From: Dehalococcoidia bacterium
GTDB lineage: Bacteria; Chloroflexota; Dehalococcoidia; DSTF01; JACRBR01
Assembly (NCBI GenBank): GCA_040902505.1
Contig: JBBDXE010000025.1
Span: 16,221-80,220, forward strand
Direction of reading: 5' to 3'
DNA: 64,000 nt
The notes beneath the pieces are model-generated. The model saw only the letters and a list, made by a program, of their open reading frames with translations. It did not search any database and had not been told where the DNA came from. Of this stretch, positions 25,637-35,230 are shown piece after piece (position 1 is the first letter of the stretch; each line of letters begins with the position of its first letter). The position numbers and the translations under genes were made by a program.

Positions 25637-26614
25637 GTGGAGGACGGCATGCATCATCGAAGACCACCACGATCATCACGCGCGCTTCGGCGGCAGCCGG
25701 AGCTATCGCAGCATTTCCTGCGGGACCGGGCGCTGGTGCGGCGGCTCGTCGACCTGATGGAGCTGCGCCCGGACGAGCCGGTGCTGGAGCCGGGGCCCGG
25801 CCACGGCATGATCACCGAGGAGCTGGCACGCCGCGGGCTTCGCGTCATGGCCGTCGAGAAGGACGTGCGGCTGTACCGGGCGCTGCGGGAGCGGCTGATC
25901 GGCCGGACGAACGTCGAGTGTCATCTCGGCGACGTGCTGACGATGGCTCTTCCGCAGGGACGCTATGCCGTGGTGTCCAGCGTCCCATACGGCATTACGG
26001 CGGCGCTGGTGCGGCGGCTGCTGGAGGCGCGGACGCCACCGGAGCGGGCGTACCTCATCGTGCAGCGGGAGGCGGCGGAGAAGTTCGCGGGCGCGCCGCG
26101 GGAGACGCTGTTCTCGTTGCTGCACAAGCCCTGGTTCGCACTCGAGATCGTGGCATCGCTTCGTCGGACGGACTTTGCGCCGCCGCCATCCGTCGAGAGC
26201 GCGCTGCTGCGCATCGAGCGACGCGGGGTGCCGCTGGTGGAAGGCTCGTCGCAGGCCGCGTACCAGGCGTTCGTCCGGCGGACGTTCGGGCGGGGGCCGG
26301 ACGCGGGGCGGTCGCTGCGGGCGTGCTTCACGTCGCGGCAGGTCGCCCGGCTCGCACGCGAGCTGGGGTTCTCGATGCGCGCGCGGCCGTCGGAGCTGAC
26401 GTTCGGGCAGTGGCTGTCGCTGTGGCGGTTTTTCGAGCACGAGTGCCTGCCGCGGTCGGACGATGGCGGCGGAAGGGGACGGCTGGAAGATGGACGATGG
26501 AGGCTGGAGGCGGTCTGGTCGTTGGAAGTTGGAGGTTGGAGGGGTCCGGTTATTTGCAGGTTAGAGGCGGCGGGCGATGCTAGCGGAAGAGATCTCGTTC
26601 GGGGGGGCGGATGA
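25637..26614 (+). CDS. rRNA adenine N6-methyltransferase family protein (Erm/KsgA-like)
   Basis: LSQHFLRDRALVRRLVDL...VLEPGPGHGMITEELARRGLRVMAVEKDVRLYRALRE... and SVPYGITAALVRRLLE match the family signatures GQNFL, the Gly-rich SAM loop and NxPY. The start could be a later Met. The last about 35 nt overlap convergent cofE. Confidence 0.7.
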   Translation: MEDGMHHRRPPRSSRALRRQPELSQHFLRDRALVRRLVDLMELRPDEPVLEPGPGHGMITEELARRGLRVMAVEKDVRLYRALRERLIGRTNVECHLGDVLTMALPQGRYAVVSSVPYGITAALVRRLLEARTPPERAYLIVQREAAEKFAGAPRETLFSLLHKPWFALEIVASLRRTDFAPPPSVESALLRIERRGVPLVEGSSQAAYQAFVRRTFGRGPDAGRSLRACFTSRQVARLARELGFSMRARPSELTFGQWLSLWRFFEHECLPRSDDGGGRGRLEDGRWRLEAVWSLEVGGWRGPVICRLEAAGDASGRDLVRGGG

Positions 26615-27332
26615 GGGCGCGGACGGAGCCGTCCCCGGCGGTGAAGGTGACGCCTCGGACGATGGCGACGGGGACGCGGTCAAGCTTGCCCTGCACCAGT
26701 TCGGCGGCGGCGGCCAGCTCGTCGGCGATGGCGATCTGGGTGACGCGCAGCTCGTAGCCGGCGGGGTCGACCTGACCGGCGTAGTTGACGATGGGCTCCA
26801 TGCCGGCGACACCGACGGCGAAGTTCACGTGCCCCTCCCGCCAGGGGCGGCCGAAGGTGTCGGAGACGATCACCGCCGCGCGCACGCCGAGCGCGTCGTG
26901 GATGCGGTTGTGGATGCGGCGGGCCGAGACGTCGGAGTCGGCGGGGAGGAGGCACACGGTGCCGGTGGTCTCGACGTTCGAGGCGTCGACGCCGGCGTTC
27001 GCGCAGACGAAGCCGTGGTGGGTCTCGCAGATCATGACGCCGCGCTCCATGCGGACGATGCGCTTCGTCTCGGAGAGGACGACTTCCACCTGCCGGGGAT
27101 CCTTGTCCCACGCCGCCGCGATCGCCGTTGCGAAGGGTGAGGGGGTGACGGTCGCGAGGTCGACAATCCGGCCTTCCGCCTTCGAGACGACCTTCTGGGT
27201 GACGACGAGCACGTCGCCGTCGAGGATCTCGATGCTGCTGGCGCGGGCAGCCTCGACGATCAGCGCGGGGAGGTCGTCGCCGGCGTGCACCTCGGGCAGG
27301 CCGGGCAGGCCGATGATGCGGACTTCGCTCAC
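26580..27332 (-). CDS. cofE: coenzyme F420-0:L-glutamate ligase
   Basis: VSEVRIIGLPGLPEVHAGDDL...VLVVTQKVVSKAEGR...FVCANAGVDASNV...VIVSDTFGRPWREG, the CofE/FbiB N-domain signature. GTG start overlaps the fno stop (GTGA). Confidence 0.8.
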   Translation of the reverse strand: MSEVRIIGLPGLPEVHAGDDLPALIVEAARASSIEILDGDVLVVTQKVVSKAEGRIVDLATVTPSPFATAIAAAWDKDPRQVEVVLSETKRIVRMERGVMICETHHGFVCANAGVDASNVETTGTVCLLPADSDVSARRIHNRIHDALGVRAAVIVSDTFGRPWREGHVNFAVGVAGMEPIVNYAGQVDPAGYELRVTQIAIADELAAAAELVQGKLDRVPVAIVRGVTFTAGDGSVRALIRPPERDLFR

Positions 27333-27982
27333 GGCAGCCCCGCGATGCGGATCCCCGCCTTGGTCTTGTAGGCGCGGTTGATGCTCACCAGCAGGACCGT
27401 GATGCCTTCGACCATCATGGCGTTGGCAAGCGCACCGCCGTCGACGCCGCGCACGCCCTCGATGCACTCGGCCAGCTCCATGATGCGCCGCCGCGCGTCG
27501 GCGTCATCGGCGCAGACGACGACGTCGGCATCGACGCGGCCGTCGTCGAGGAGCTTCTTCGCGCTGAGGTTCTGGAACGCCGCGACGACGGTGGCGCCGG
27601 GGAGGAGCGTCTGCTCCTGTTGCGCCGCCGAGCCCTCGGGGACGGCGAGGAGTGATGCACGGCCCTTCTCGAAGACAATGGGGACGACGGTGCTGACGAC
27701 GATCTTGTCGCGGACGGCGGCCGCGAGGGACGGGAGAGTGCCGACCTGCGCGGCGTAGGGCGTGGTGACGACGACGATCTCTGCGGCGGCCGCGGCATCG
27801 GCGTTCGAGGCGCCGTCAAGGGGGAGTGATGCGCCTTTCGCGCGCAGCTCGTCGACGGCGGCCTGCGCGCGGTCGGCGCTGCGGGAGCCGATCGTGCAGG
27901 GATGACCGGCCTTCGCGAAGCGGTAGGCCAGCCCCTTGCCTTCGTCGCCGGTGCCGCCGATGAAGCCGATCCTCACGGGTCG
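27329..27982 (-). CDS. fno: NADPH-dependent F420 reductase
   Basis: VRIGFIGGTGDEGKGLAYRFAKAGHPCTIGSRSADRAQ Rossmann start typical of Fno/NpdG. GTG start. Confidence 0.8.
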   Translation of the reverse strand, partial: RPVRIGFIGGTGDEGKGLAYRFAKAGHPCTIGSRSADRAQAAVDELRAKGASLPLDGASNADAAAAAEIVVVTTPYAAQVGTLPSLAAAVRDKIVVSTVVPIVFEKGRASLLAVPEGSAAQQEQTLLPGATVVAAFQNLSAKKLLDDGRVDADVVVCADDADARRRIMELAECIEGVRGVDGGALANAMMVEGITVLLVSINRAYKTKAGIRIAGLP

Positions 27983-28121
27983 CGCCGCTCCGCGTCGCTT
28001 CGACAACAAACAACGGACAACACACAACAAGGGGACGTGCGGCAGGGCTGGTCATCTCGACACCAGCGCATCACTCGAACCTCCTTGTTGTTGGTTGCCT
28101 CTTGTTGCGAACCGGAGAGCG

Positions 28122-28901
28122 CTAGTGCATCTCCGAGCCGCCGGTCACGTTGAGGGCCTCGCCGGTGATGTTGTCCTCGCGGCAGAGGAAGACGACGGCG
28201 CGGCCGATATCCTCGGCGGTCTGGGCGCGGCCGAGGGGCACGCGATCCTTGATGAAGCCATCGAAGGCCTCCGGGACGGTGACGCCGCGGGCGGCCGCAA
28301 TGGCGGGCGAGAGCACCTCGCGCCACATGTAGGAGTCGACCTCGCCGGGACAGACGGCGTTCACGGTGACGTTGAAGGGGGCAAGCTCATGCGCGAGCGA
28401 TTGGGTGAAGCCGATCACGCCGAACTTGGAGGCGCAGTAGTGGGAGACGCCGGCGGAGCCGGTCTTGCCGGCCATGGAGGCAAGGTTGACGATGCGGCCG
28501 GTGCGCCGCTGCATCATGTGGGGGGCAACCGCCTTCGCGCAGAGGAACGTGCCTTTGAGGTTCACGTCGAGCACGCGATCCCACTCCTCTTCGGAGAGCA
28601 TGGCGACGATGCCGACGGAGATGACGCCGGCGTTGTTCACGAGGATGTCCACCTGGCTCCACTTATCGACAGCCGCCTGCACCATGGCCTGGGCCTGCGC
28701 GAGGTCGCGGACATCGACATCGACGGGGATGGCGTCTGAGCCGAGGGTGCGGACATTGGCGATGGTCTCGTCGCGGTCGGCGGCGACGGAGGGGAGGTCG
28801 GCGACGGCGATGCGCGCGCCGGCCTTCGCGAGTTCGTAGACGATGCCGCGGCCGATGCCGCGCGAGCCCCCGGTGACGATGGCGACAGCGCCGTTGAGGT
28901 C
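28122..28901 (-). CDS. SDR family oxidoreductase (3-oxoacyl-ACP reductase-like)
   Basis: TGGSRGIGRG cofactor motif, NNAG, catalytic S...YCASK (YxxxK). Confidence 0.85.
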   Translation of the reverse strand, partial: DLNGAVAIVTGGSRGIGRGIVYELAKAGARIAVADLPSVAADRDETIANVRTLGSDAIPVDVDVRDLAQAQAMVQAAVDKWSQVDILVNNAGVISVGIVAMLSEEEWDRVLDVNLKGTFLCAKAVAPHMMQRRTGRIVNLASMAGKTGSAGVSHYCASKFGVIGFTQSLAHELAPFNVTVNAVCPGEVDSYMWREVLSPAIAAARGVTVPEAFDGFIKDRVPLGRAQTAEDIGRAVVFLCREDNITGEALNVTGGSEMH

Positions 28902-29087
28902 CATTGAGGTGCGCTCCTTGTCAGCGGGGGGATTGTGCCGCAGGCGGAGGCTAGAAGCTAGAAGGTGGAGGTTGGAGCGAGACGGAAGTGCGTGAAGGTG
29001 GTGGGTTGCGTCGTCACGCCCCACCCGGCCCTTCGGGCCACCCTTTCGCGCACGGAGGGGGTTCGGCGCGGCGCTAGTGGCGGTGGG

Positions 29088-29177
<90 letters not shown>

Positions 29178-29253
29178 GCGGCGGCCGGGAAGACGCGCGC
29201 GCCGGGCGCCGGGGCATCGTCCCCGGGTCACCGGCGCGGCGGGTCGATTCAGA

Positions 29254-29340
29254 TGGCGGAGAGGGTGGGATTCGAACCCACGAGGCTCATCGCCTACCGC
29301 TTTTCGAGAGCGGCACCTTCAACCACTCGGACACCTCTCC
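29254..29340 (-). tRNA. tRNA-Ser (anticodon CGA)
   Basis: Reverse complement GGAGAGGTGTCCGAGTGGTTGAAGGTGCCGCTCTCGAAAAGCGGTAGGCGATGAGCCTCGTGGGTTCGAATCCCACCCTCTCCGCCA. Anticodon loop CTCGAAA, long variable arm, encoded CCA. Confidence 0.85.
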
Positions 29341-29400
29341 GAGCGTCAGGCCCGCTCTTGCGGGCCCGACGGACGAAAGTATAGCACCGGCTGGCGCGGC

Positions 29401-30027
29401 TCAGCCGCCGTGCGTGAGCTCCTGGAAGCGGCGCTCCTGCTCGTCCTGCGCCTCGCGGGAGGCGCGCCTTCCGGCGCGGACGGCGCGGCCGACGCGTCCG
29501 CGCGCGCGGGCGAGGAAGCCTTGCGGCTGGGCGACGGGCTGGGGCTCTGGCTCCGGCTCGTTCTGGAACTCCGGCGGGATGGGCTCCTCTTCCAGCTCTT
29601 CGGGCTTCGGGGAGCTGAAGAGCCAGATGGCGATGGCGACCGCCACGGCGACCAGGGCGAACGCCAGCAGGACGATGAGCAGTTTCCCGCCGCCGCGGCG
29701 GGAGGGCTCGCCGGTGGCGGACTCGCGCTTCGCGGCCTTGCGTGCGGCCTTATCGGCGGCGCGGGCGGCATCGAGTTCGGCCTTCTCGTGGCGCTTGCGG
29801 TCCTTCTCCTCCTTGCGGGAGGTGGGCTCGAACTCGAGCTCGATCTTCCCGAAGGGGGTCTGGAACTCTATCTCGCGCTCGTCGTCCTCGTCCTTCTTGC
29901 GCTTCTTGTCCTTCTTCCTGTCTTCCTTCTGGCGCTCGCGGACGGCGGCACGCACGGCATCGTCGTCCCGGGGCCGCTCCATCGTCGCGACGGAGCCTTC
30001 GGTGGTGGTGGCTTCATCCGCTGCCAT
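29401..30027 (-). CDS. hypothetical low-complexity K/E/D/R-rich protein with one TM helix
   Basis: Highly charged N-terminal half (KEDRKKDKKRKKDEDDERE), TM helix LLIVLLAFALVAVAVAIAIWLF, Pro/Glu-rich tail. No family recognised; the coding status rests on length and the lack of a better frame. Confidence 0.4.
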   Translation of the reverse strand: MAADEATTTEGSVATMERPRDDDAVRAAVRERQKEDRKKDKKRKKDEDDEREIEFQTPFGKIELEFEPTSRKEEKDRKRHEKAELDAARAADKAARKAAKRESATGEPSRRGGGKLLIVLLAFALVAVAVAIAIWLFSSPKPEELEEEPIPPEFQNEPEPEPQPVAQPQGFLARARGRVGRAVRAGRRASREAQDEQERRFQELTHGG

Positions 30028-30069
30028 GTCTGTCCCTCCATGGTGAACTAGAGGCGTGAGGGGTGATGA

Positions 30070-30429
30070 CTACTCTTTCGGCTTGTCGCCGCCGGCGCCG
30101 GTGAGGCCGGTGAGCACGCCTGCTGCGCGCCGGACGCCGGCGACGACGCCGTAGGTGCGCACGATCGGCGTCACAGCGGCCTTCGAAACGTAACTGGCGG
30201 TGCCTTTCACCTGATCCGTGGTCTCCTTCATGCTGTCGAGCAGCGGCTTCATGTTCTCGTCGAGAAGGACGGTGACCTTGCGGAGCAGGGACCGCAGCAG
30301 CAGCCCCAGCACGAGCGTGATCACGAGAGCCACGACGAAGAACGCCGCGACGGCGATCCCCATGAAGATGATCACCCAGTCGCGGAATGTGGCGACGAAC
30401 AGCAGCGAGGTCAGGGCGGCAATGTCCAA
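30070..30429 (-). CDS. small membrane protein (DUF948-like)
   Basis: N-terminal TM segment followed by a coiled region: LLDENMKPLLDSMKETTDQVKGTASYVSKAA, pattern as in DUF948 proteins. Confidence 0.5.
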   Translation of the reverse strand: MDIAALTSLLFVATFRDWVIIFMGIAVAAFFVVALVITLVLGLLLRSLLRKVTVLLDENMKPLLDSMKETTDQVKGTASYVSKAAVTPIVRTYGVVAGVRRAAGVLTGLTGAGGDKPKE

Positions 30430-30481
30430 CAGGCACCTCTGTGAGAGCGATCGGGATCATAGCATGTGCCCGCCAGCCCGC

Positions 30482-31093
30482 CTACTGCCGGGGTAGCGTC
30501 CGGCCCCGGAAGGCGTACAGGCGCCATGCGACCGTCACATAGCTGAAGGCGCCGACGACGGCGAGCGCCCAGTAGGCCTGCCCGAGCACCGCGCCAACGG
30601 CTAGGGCCAGAAGGCGCACGTCGCGGGAGGCAAAGCCGAGGAGGGCCGATGCTGCCTCGCGGCCGCCCTCGCGTTCGAGGCGGGCGCGGGAGTAGGAGAC
30701 CATCAGGAAGCCTATGGCGGCGGCCAGCCCGACGAGCAGGGGTTGCGGCCAGTCCTCGTACTCGATGGCGTACCAGGCGAGGCCGCCAGCGACGGCGGCG
30801 TCGGCGTAGCGGTCGAGGACACTGTCCAAGATGCCGCCGAAGCGGGTGGCCATGGCCTTCGCGCGGGCGAGGTCGCCGTCGGCGCCGTCGACGATGGAAG
30901 ACGCCTGGATCAGCACGCCCGCCTCGATGTTCCGGCCTGCGGCAAGGAGGGCGAGGGCGCCGAACGCCATCAGCAGCGCCAGCACGGAGACCTGATTCGG
31001 CGTGACGGGAGTGCGGGCGAGGGCGCGGGCGAGGGGGACGGAGAGCCGGCGGTTCAGGTGGCGGGAGACCGGCCCATCAAGCGAGCCGGCCAT
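30482..31093 (-). CDS. CDP-alcohol phosphatidyltransferase family protein
   Basis: Signature DGADGDLARAKAMATRFGGILDSVLDRYAD (D-G-x2-A-R-x8-G-x3-D-x3-D) plus multiple TM helices. Confidence 0.75.
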   Translation of the reverse strand: MAGSLDGPVSRHLNRRLSVPLARALARTPVTPNQVSVLALLMAFGALALLAAGRNIEAGVLIQASSIVDGADGDLARAKAMATRFGGILDSVLDRYADAAVAGGLAWYAIEYEDWPQPLLVGLAAAIGFLMVSYSRARLEREGGREAASALLGFASRDVRLLALAVGAVLGQAYWALAVVGAFSYVTVAWRLYAFRGRTLPRQ

Positions 31094-31787
31094 CGGCGCC
31101 GATCATCGCGTCCGCCTGGCGGAGGTCCTCGGCCGTGTCGATGTCGATCCAGCGCCGGCCGGTGACGTCGACGGCGTCGAGGCCGCCGGACCGGGCGAGC
31201 GACGCGAAGACGTCGCCGAGTTCGCCGTCGCGCATGGCGGGCGTGATCGCGTCGAAGACGCCCTGGCTGCACCAGAAGGCGCCGGTGTCGAGGGCGTTCC
31301 AGCGGGGGATCGCCTTCCCCAGATCGACGACGAGCCCGCCTTCCACCTGCGCGCGGGTGGCCTCGTCCACCCGGCGGCCATCGGCGACGCTGTGGTCGAC
31401 GGCGAGGCGGCAGCGGCCGTCAGCCTGGTGTACGAGCGAGCGGAGGAGGGAAGGGTCGAAGATGTGGTCGGACATGGCGAGGACGAAGGAGCCGGCGAGG
31501 GCTTCGCGCGCGGCCCAGAGTGAGCGCGCGTTGCCGGCGAGGTAGTCGTCGTTTTCGACGAAGCGGAGGCGCATGCCGCAGGGCGAGAGATCCGCGAGGG
31601 CGCGTCTCACCTGATCGCCGCAGTAGCCGACGACGATGACAGCGTCATCGACGCCGGCGGCCTGGAGGGCATCGAGGACGTGGTTGATGATGAGCCGGCC
31701 GCGCAGCGGCAGCAGCGCCTTGGGGCGGTCGGAGGTGTAGGGCTGGAGCCGGCCGCCGTCGCCGGCGGCGAGCACAACTGCCTGCAT
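31077..31787 (-). CDS. sugar/alcohol-phosphate nucleotidyltransferase (NTP_transferase family)
   Basis: AVVLAAGDGGRLQPYTSDRPKALLPL, the GxGxR(L) nucleotidyltransferase N-terminus. Overlaps the downstream CDP-alcohol phosphatidyltransferase gene by 17 nt. Confidence 0.75.
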   Translation of the reverse strand: MQAVVLAAGDGGRLQPYTSDRPKALLPLRGRLIINHVLDALQAAGVDDAVIVVGYCGDQVRRALADLSPCGMRLRFVENDDYLAGNARSLWAAREALAGSFVLAMSDHIFDPSLLRSLVHQADGRCRLAVDHSVADGRRVDEATRAQVEGGLVVDLGKAIPRWNALDTGAFWCSQGVFDAITPAMRDGELGDVFASLARSGGLDAVDVTGRRWIDIDTAEDLRQADAMIGADGRLA

Positions 31788-32065
31788 GTGTTGTAGCTCC
31801 TTCAGCCCGCCGCGACGGCGGGTTGCACATGCGTCGAAGGTACGCGCGGGGGCAGCGGAGTGTCAACCGGCTGGTGTCAACGGAGATTGCGTTCCGCTTG
31901 CGGCGGACGCACAGCCGGGTCTCAACGGCGAATCTGCGAAGCGGCTCTGCCACATGCTTCGCAATCGGGCAGCGGCAGAGCGTGCCGCGCAGGCTGGAAG
32001 CCCGCGCTCTGGGGTGGCGGCATGGCGCGAACCCACAGAGCGTGGTGTGCGCCGATGTTCGCGCT

Positions 32066-33151
32066 CTAGCCAGCGCTTCGCTCGGCGCGATCGATGACGG
32101 CGCCGCCGAGGACTTCGTCGCCGGCGTAGAAGACGGCGGCCTGACCGGGGGTGATCGCGCGTTGCGGCGCGTCAAAGTGCACGCGCACACGGCGGGCGTC
32201 GAGCTGGGTGACGGTAGCGGGGGCGGCAGGCGTGCGGTAGCGCACCTTGACGTCCGCGCGGAACGGCCCGCCCGGTGCGTCGCCGGTCCAACGCACGTCG
32301 CCGGCGAGGAGTACGCCGGAGAGCAAGTGCTCCTCCGGGCCGACGGTGATGACGTTCAGGTCGGGGTCGATCGCGGTCACGAAGCGGCGCTCGCCGACGG
32401 CGACGCCGAGGCCTCGCCGCTGCCCGACCGTGAACCCGCCGATGCCGTCGTGTTCTCCGAGGCGGCGGCCGTCGGTATCGACGATGGCGCCGGCCGGTTG
32501 GGGGAGGCGCTCACGCACGAAGGCGCGATAGTCGCCGTCGGGGACGAAGCAGATGTCGGCGCTGTCGGGCTTTTCGGCGAGGTCCAGCCGCATCTCGCGG
32601 GCCAGCTCGCGAATCTCGCCCTTCGGTCGTACGCCAACAGGGAAGAGCGTGCGGGCCAGTTCCGCCTGCCCGAGCGTGTAGAGGACGTACGACTGGTCCT
32701 TCGCCGGGTCGAAGGCGCGCAGGAGCCGCGAGCGGGCGCCGGAGCGATCGATGCGCGCGTAGTGCCCCGTCGCGAGGAAGTCAGCATCGAGGGCGAGGGC
32801 TCGGTCGAGGAGCGCGCGGAACTTCACGTGCTCGTTGCAGGCGAGGCAGGGGTTGGGGGTGCGGCCGCGGCCGTACTCGGCGACGAAGTAGTTGACGACG
32901 CGATCGTGGAACTCGCGCTCCATGTTGAGGACGTAGTGGGGGATGGCGATGGCGTCGGCGGCGCGGCGGGCGTCGTCGGTGTCCTCGACGGAGCAGCAGC
33001 GCCGCTTGCCGACGGGCGCGGCAGGGTCGTCGAGCGTCCAGAGGCGCATGGTGATGCCGATGACCTCGTAGCCCTCGCGGGCGAGGAGTCCCGCCGCGAC
33101 CGCCGAATCGACGCCGCCGCTCATGGCCACGACCACGCGCTGTCTGCTCAT
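32066..33151 (-). CDS. mnmA: tRNA-specific 2-thiouridylase
   Basis: VVVAMSGGVDSAVAA PP-loop, CCS...C region, DxxxCF. Conserved throughout. Confidence 0.9.
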   Translation of the reverse strand: MSRQRVVVAMSGGVDSAVAAGLLAREGYEVIGITMRLWTLDDPAAPVGKRRCCSVEDTDDARRAADAIAIPHYVLNMEREFHDRVVNYFVAEYGRGRTPNPCLACNEHVKFRALLDRALALDADFLATGHYARIDRSGARSRLLRAFDPAKDQSYVLYTLGQAELARTLFPVGVRPKGEIRELAREMRLDLAEKPDSADICFVPDGDYRAFVRERLPQPAGAIVDTDGRRLGEHDGIGGFTVGQRRGLGVAVGERRFVTAIDPDLNVITVGPEEHLLSGVLLAGDVRWTGDAPGGPFRADVKVRYRTPAAPATVTQLDARRVRVHFDAPQRAITPGQAAVFYAGDEVLGGAVIDRAERSAG

Positions 33152-33241
33152 CGTGGGCCCAGCGTAGCGCACGAGCGCGAAGGGCTGCCATGCTATACTC
33201 GCGGCCCAAGGGAGGTATCCGGGACGACGGGAGCACGCCTA

Positions 33242-33586
33242 CTGGAAGCCGCAGAGCTGGCCCAGCGCATCGCCGACATCCTCTCCGACCGCCAGGCCGA
33301 AGACATCGTGCTGATGGACATCAGCAAGCTGGCGACGTTCACCGACTATTTCGTGGTGGCGACAGCGACGAACCCGCGGCAGATGAACGCGCTCATCGAG
33401 TCACTGGACCGCGACCTTCGCGGGGAGGGGCTGCGGCCGCGGAAGCAGGAAGGCACGCCGGACTCGGGGTGGGTCCTGGTGGACTTCGGCGACGCGATCG
33501 TGCACCTGTTCGCGCCGGAGGAGCGGCGGTACTACAACATCGAGGAGCTGTGGTCGAAGGGCGTGTCGGTTGTGCACCTGCAGTAG
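33242..33586 (+). CDS. rsfS: ribosome silencing factor (Iojap family)
   Basis: LEAAELAQRIADILSDRQAEDIVLMDIS...TDYFVVATATNPRQMNALIESL...VLVDFGDAIVHLF. No canonical ATG in frame; the start is probably CTG/TTG after a GGGAGG Shine-Dalgarno sequence, so the coordinate is approximate. Confidence 0.7.
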   Translation: MEAAELAQRIADILSDRQAEDIVLMDISKLATFTDYFVVATATNPRQMNALIESLDRDLRGEGLRPRKQEGTPDSGWVLVDFGDAIVHLFAPEERRYYNIEELWSKGVSVVHLQ

Positions 33587-33678
33587 GGCCTCACCCCAGG
33601 CACGATCGACCGCACACGAAGCGGAGGGCGGGGACCGCCGCACCTCCCCTCCCCGCGGGCGCAGCTGAAGCCACGCCG

Positions 33679-34158
33679 CTACGGGCCGTTGGAGACGGGA
33701 CGCGGCGCGAGCGCGCGGGCAATCTCGTCGTAGCGGGCGGCGTGGGGTTCGATCTCGACCGTGCGGGCGCGGGCGGTGTCGTAGGCGAGGCGGACGAGGA
33801 GGTGGTCGCGGGGCAGCTCGTCCGGGGCGCGCTCCGGCCACTCCAGGACGAGGACGCCGCCGGACGCCAGCTCGCCGAGGGCAAGCTCCGCGACCTGCGC
33901 GGGATCTTCGAGGCGGTAGAGGTCGGCGTGGTACAGACGCACGCGGCCGGCGTACTCGTTCATGATCACGAACGACGAACTCTTGATCGGGTCGGTGACT
34001 CCGAGGCCGCGGCCGATGCCCTGCGCCAGCACGGTCTTCCCGGCGCCCAGCTCGCCGGAGAGCAGGACGACGTCGCCGGCGCGCAGGCGCCGGCCGATAC
34101 GCTCGCCGATGCGGCGCGTCTCGCCGGGGGTCTTCGTGTGCAGCGTGATCTGCGTCAT
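33679..34158 (-). CDS. tsaE: tRNA t6A37 threonylcarbamoyladenosine biosynthesis protein TsaE
   Basis: Walker A LLSGELGAGKTVLAQGI and the SPTF-like SSSFVIMNEY motif. Confidence 0.8.
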   Translation of the reverse strand: MTQITLHTKTPGETRRIGERIGRRLRAGDVVLLSGELGAGKTVLAQGIGRGLGVTDPIKSSSFVIMNEYAGRVRLYHADLYRLEDPAQVAELALGELASGGVLVLEWPERAPDELPRDHLLVRLAYDTARARTVEIEPHAARYDEIARALAPRPVSNGP

Positions 34159-35153
34159 CGGCGCGCGAAGTGGTCCCAGCCGGCTGCATCGAAGCGCACC
34201 TCGGCGCCGGTCGCGTCGAGCGCGTACACGCGATGCTCCGGCGCCTCGACCATGCGCCCGACGACGGTCAGGGGCTGCCGGAGCGCCTCGCCGGCGTGGC
34301 GGAGGACACCCTCCGGCGCGATGAGCAGCAGCTCGTAGTCCTCGCCGCCGGTCGCGGCCATGCGCGCAGCGTCGTCCGCGTAGAGCTGCGCGAGCGCGGG
34401 TTCGAGAGGGACGTCCGCCAGCAGAAGCTCCGCCGCGAGGCCGCTCGCGTCGCAGATGTGGCCGAGATCCTGCACCAGCCCATCGCTGACGTCGATGCCG
34501 CAGCGTGCGCCCGCCTCGATCGCCGCACGGCCAGCATCGACGCGAGGGCGGGGCCGCAAGTGGCGCTCGACGAGCGCACGGACGGCGTCGGAGCGGAGGG
34601 CGCCCTCCCGGAGCGCGCGGAGGCCGCCCGCGGAGCCGCCGAGAGGGCCGGTGACGGCGACGAGATCGCCGGGGCGGGCGGCGTCGCGGCGCAGGAGCAG
34701 CGGGGCGCCGTCCGGGGCGGCGGCTTCGCCGCAGAGGGCGACGGTGATGGCGAGCACATCAGACGCGACAATGTCGCCGCCGGCGATGGTGACGCCGTAC
34801 TCGCGGGCACACTCGGCGAGCCCCTCGTACAGCTCGTCGACGTGCGCCGCGTGGGTGTCGGGCGGGAGGCAGAGGGTCACGAGCGCGAAGGAGGGTGTCC
34901 CGCCCATGGCGGCTACGTCGCTGACGTTGACGGCGAGCGCCTTCCAGCCGATGCGGCGCCACTCGCCCCATTCGGGGAGGAAGTGCACACCCGCAACCAG
35001 GGTGTCGGTCGTGGCGATGACGTATGCGTCGCTGGCGCGGCAGACGGCGGCGTCGTCGCCGATGCCGACGATCAGGCGCTCGTCGGCGGGTGGGGGGAGG
35101 ATGCCGCGGAGGCGCTCGATCAGGGGGAATTCGCCGAGGTCGCGGACGTCCAT
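34155..35153 (-). CDS. thiL: thiamine-monophosphate kinase
   Basis: GEFPLIERL, GDDAAV, ATTDTLVAGVHF and DxSDGL, the AIR-synthase-related ThiL signature. Confidence 0.85.
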   Translation of the reverse strand: MDVRDLGEFPLIERLRGILPPPADERLIVGIGDDAAVCRASDAYVIATTDTLVAGVHFLPEWGEWRRIGWKALAVNVSDVAAMGGTPSFALVTLCLPPDTHAAHVDELYEGLAECAREYGVTIAGGDIVASDVLAITVALCGEAAAPDGAPLLLRRDAARPGDLVAVTGPLGGSAGGLRALREGALRSDAVRALVERHLRPRPRVDAGRAAIEAGARCGIDVSDGLVQDLGHICDASGLAAELLLADVPLEPALAQLYADDAARMAATGGEDYELLLIAPEGVLRHAGEALRQPLTVVGRMVEAPEHRVYALDATGAEVRFDAAGWDHFARR

Positions 35154-35230
35154 GGTGTCAGTATAGGTGGGGGTGGCCGCTCTTCTGGCGGCGGCGGCGC
35201 ACGGAGAGGCCCGCTGCGGGCGGTGCTACC

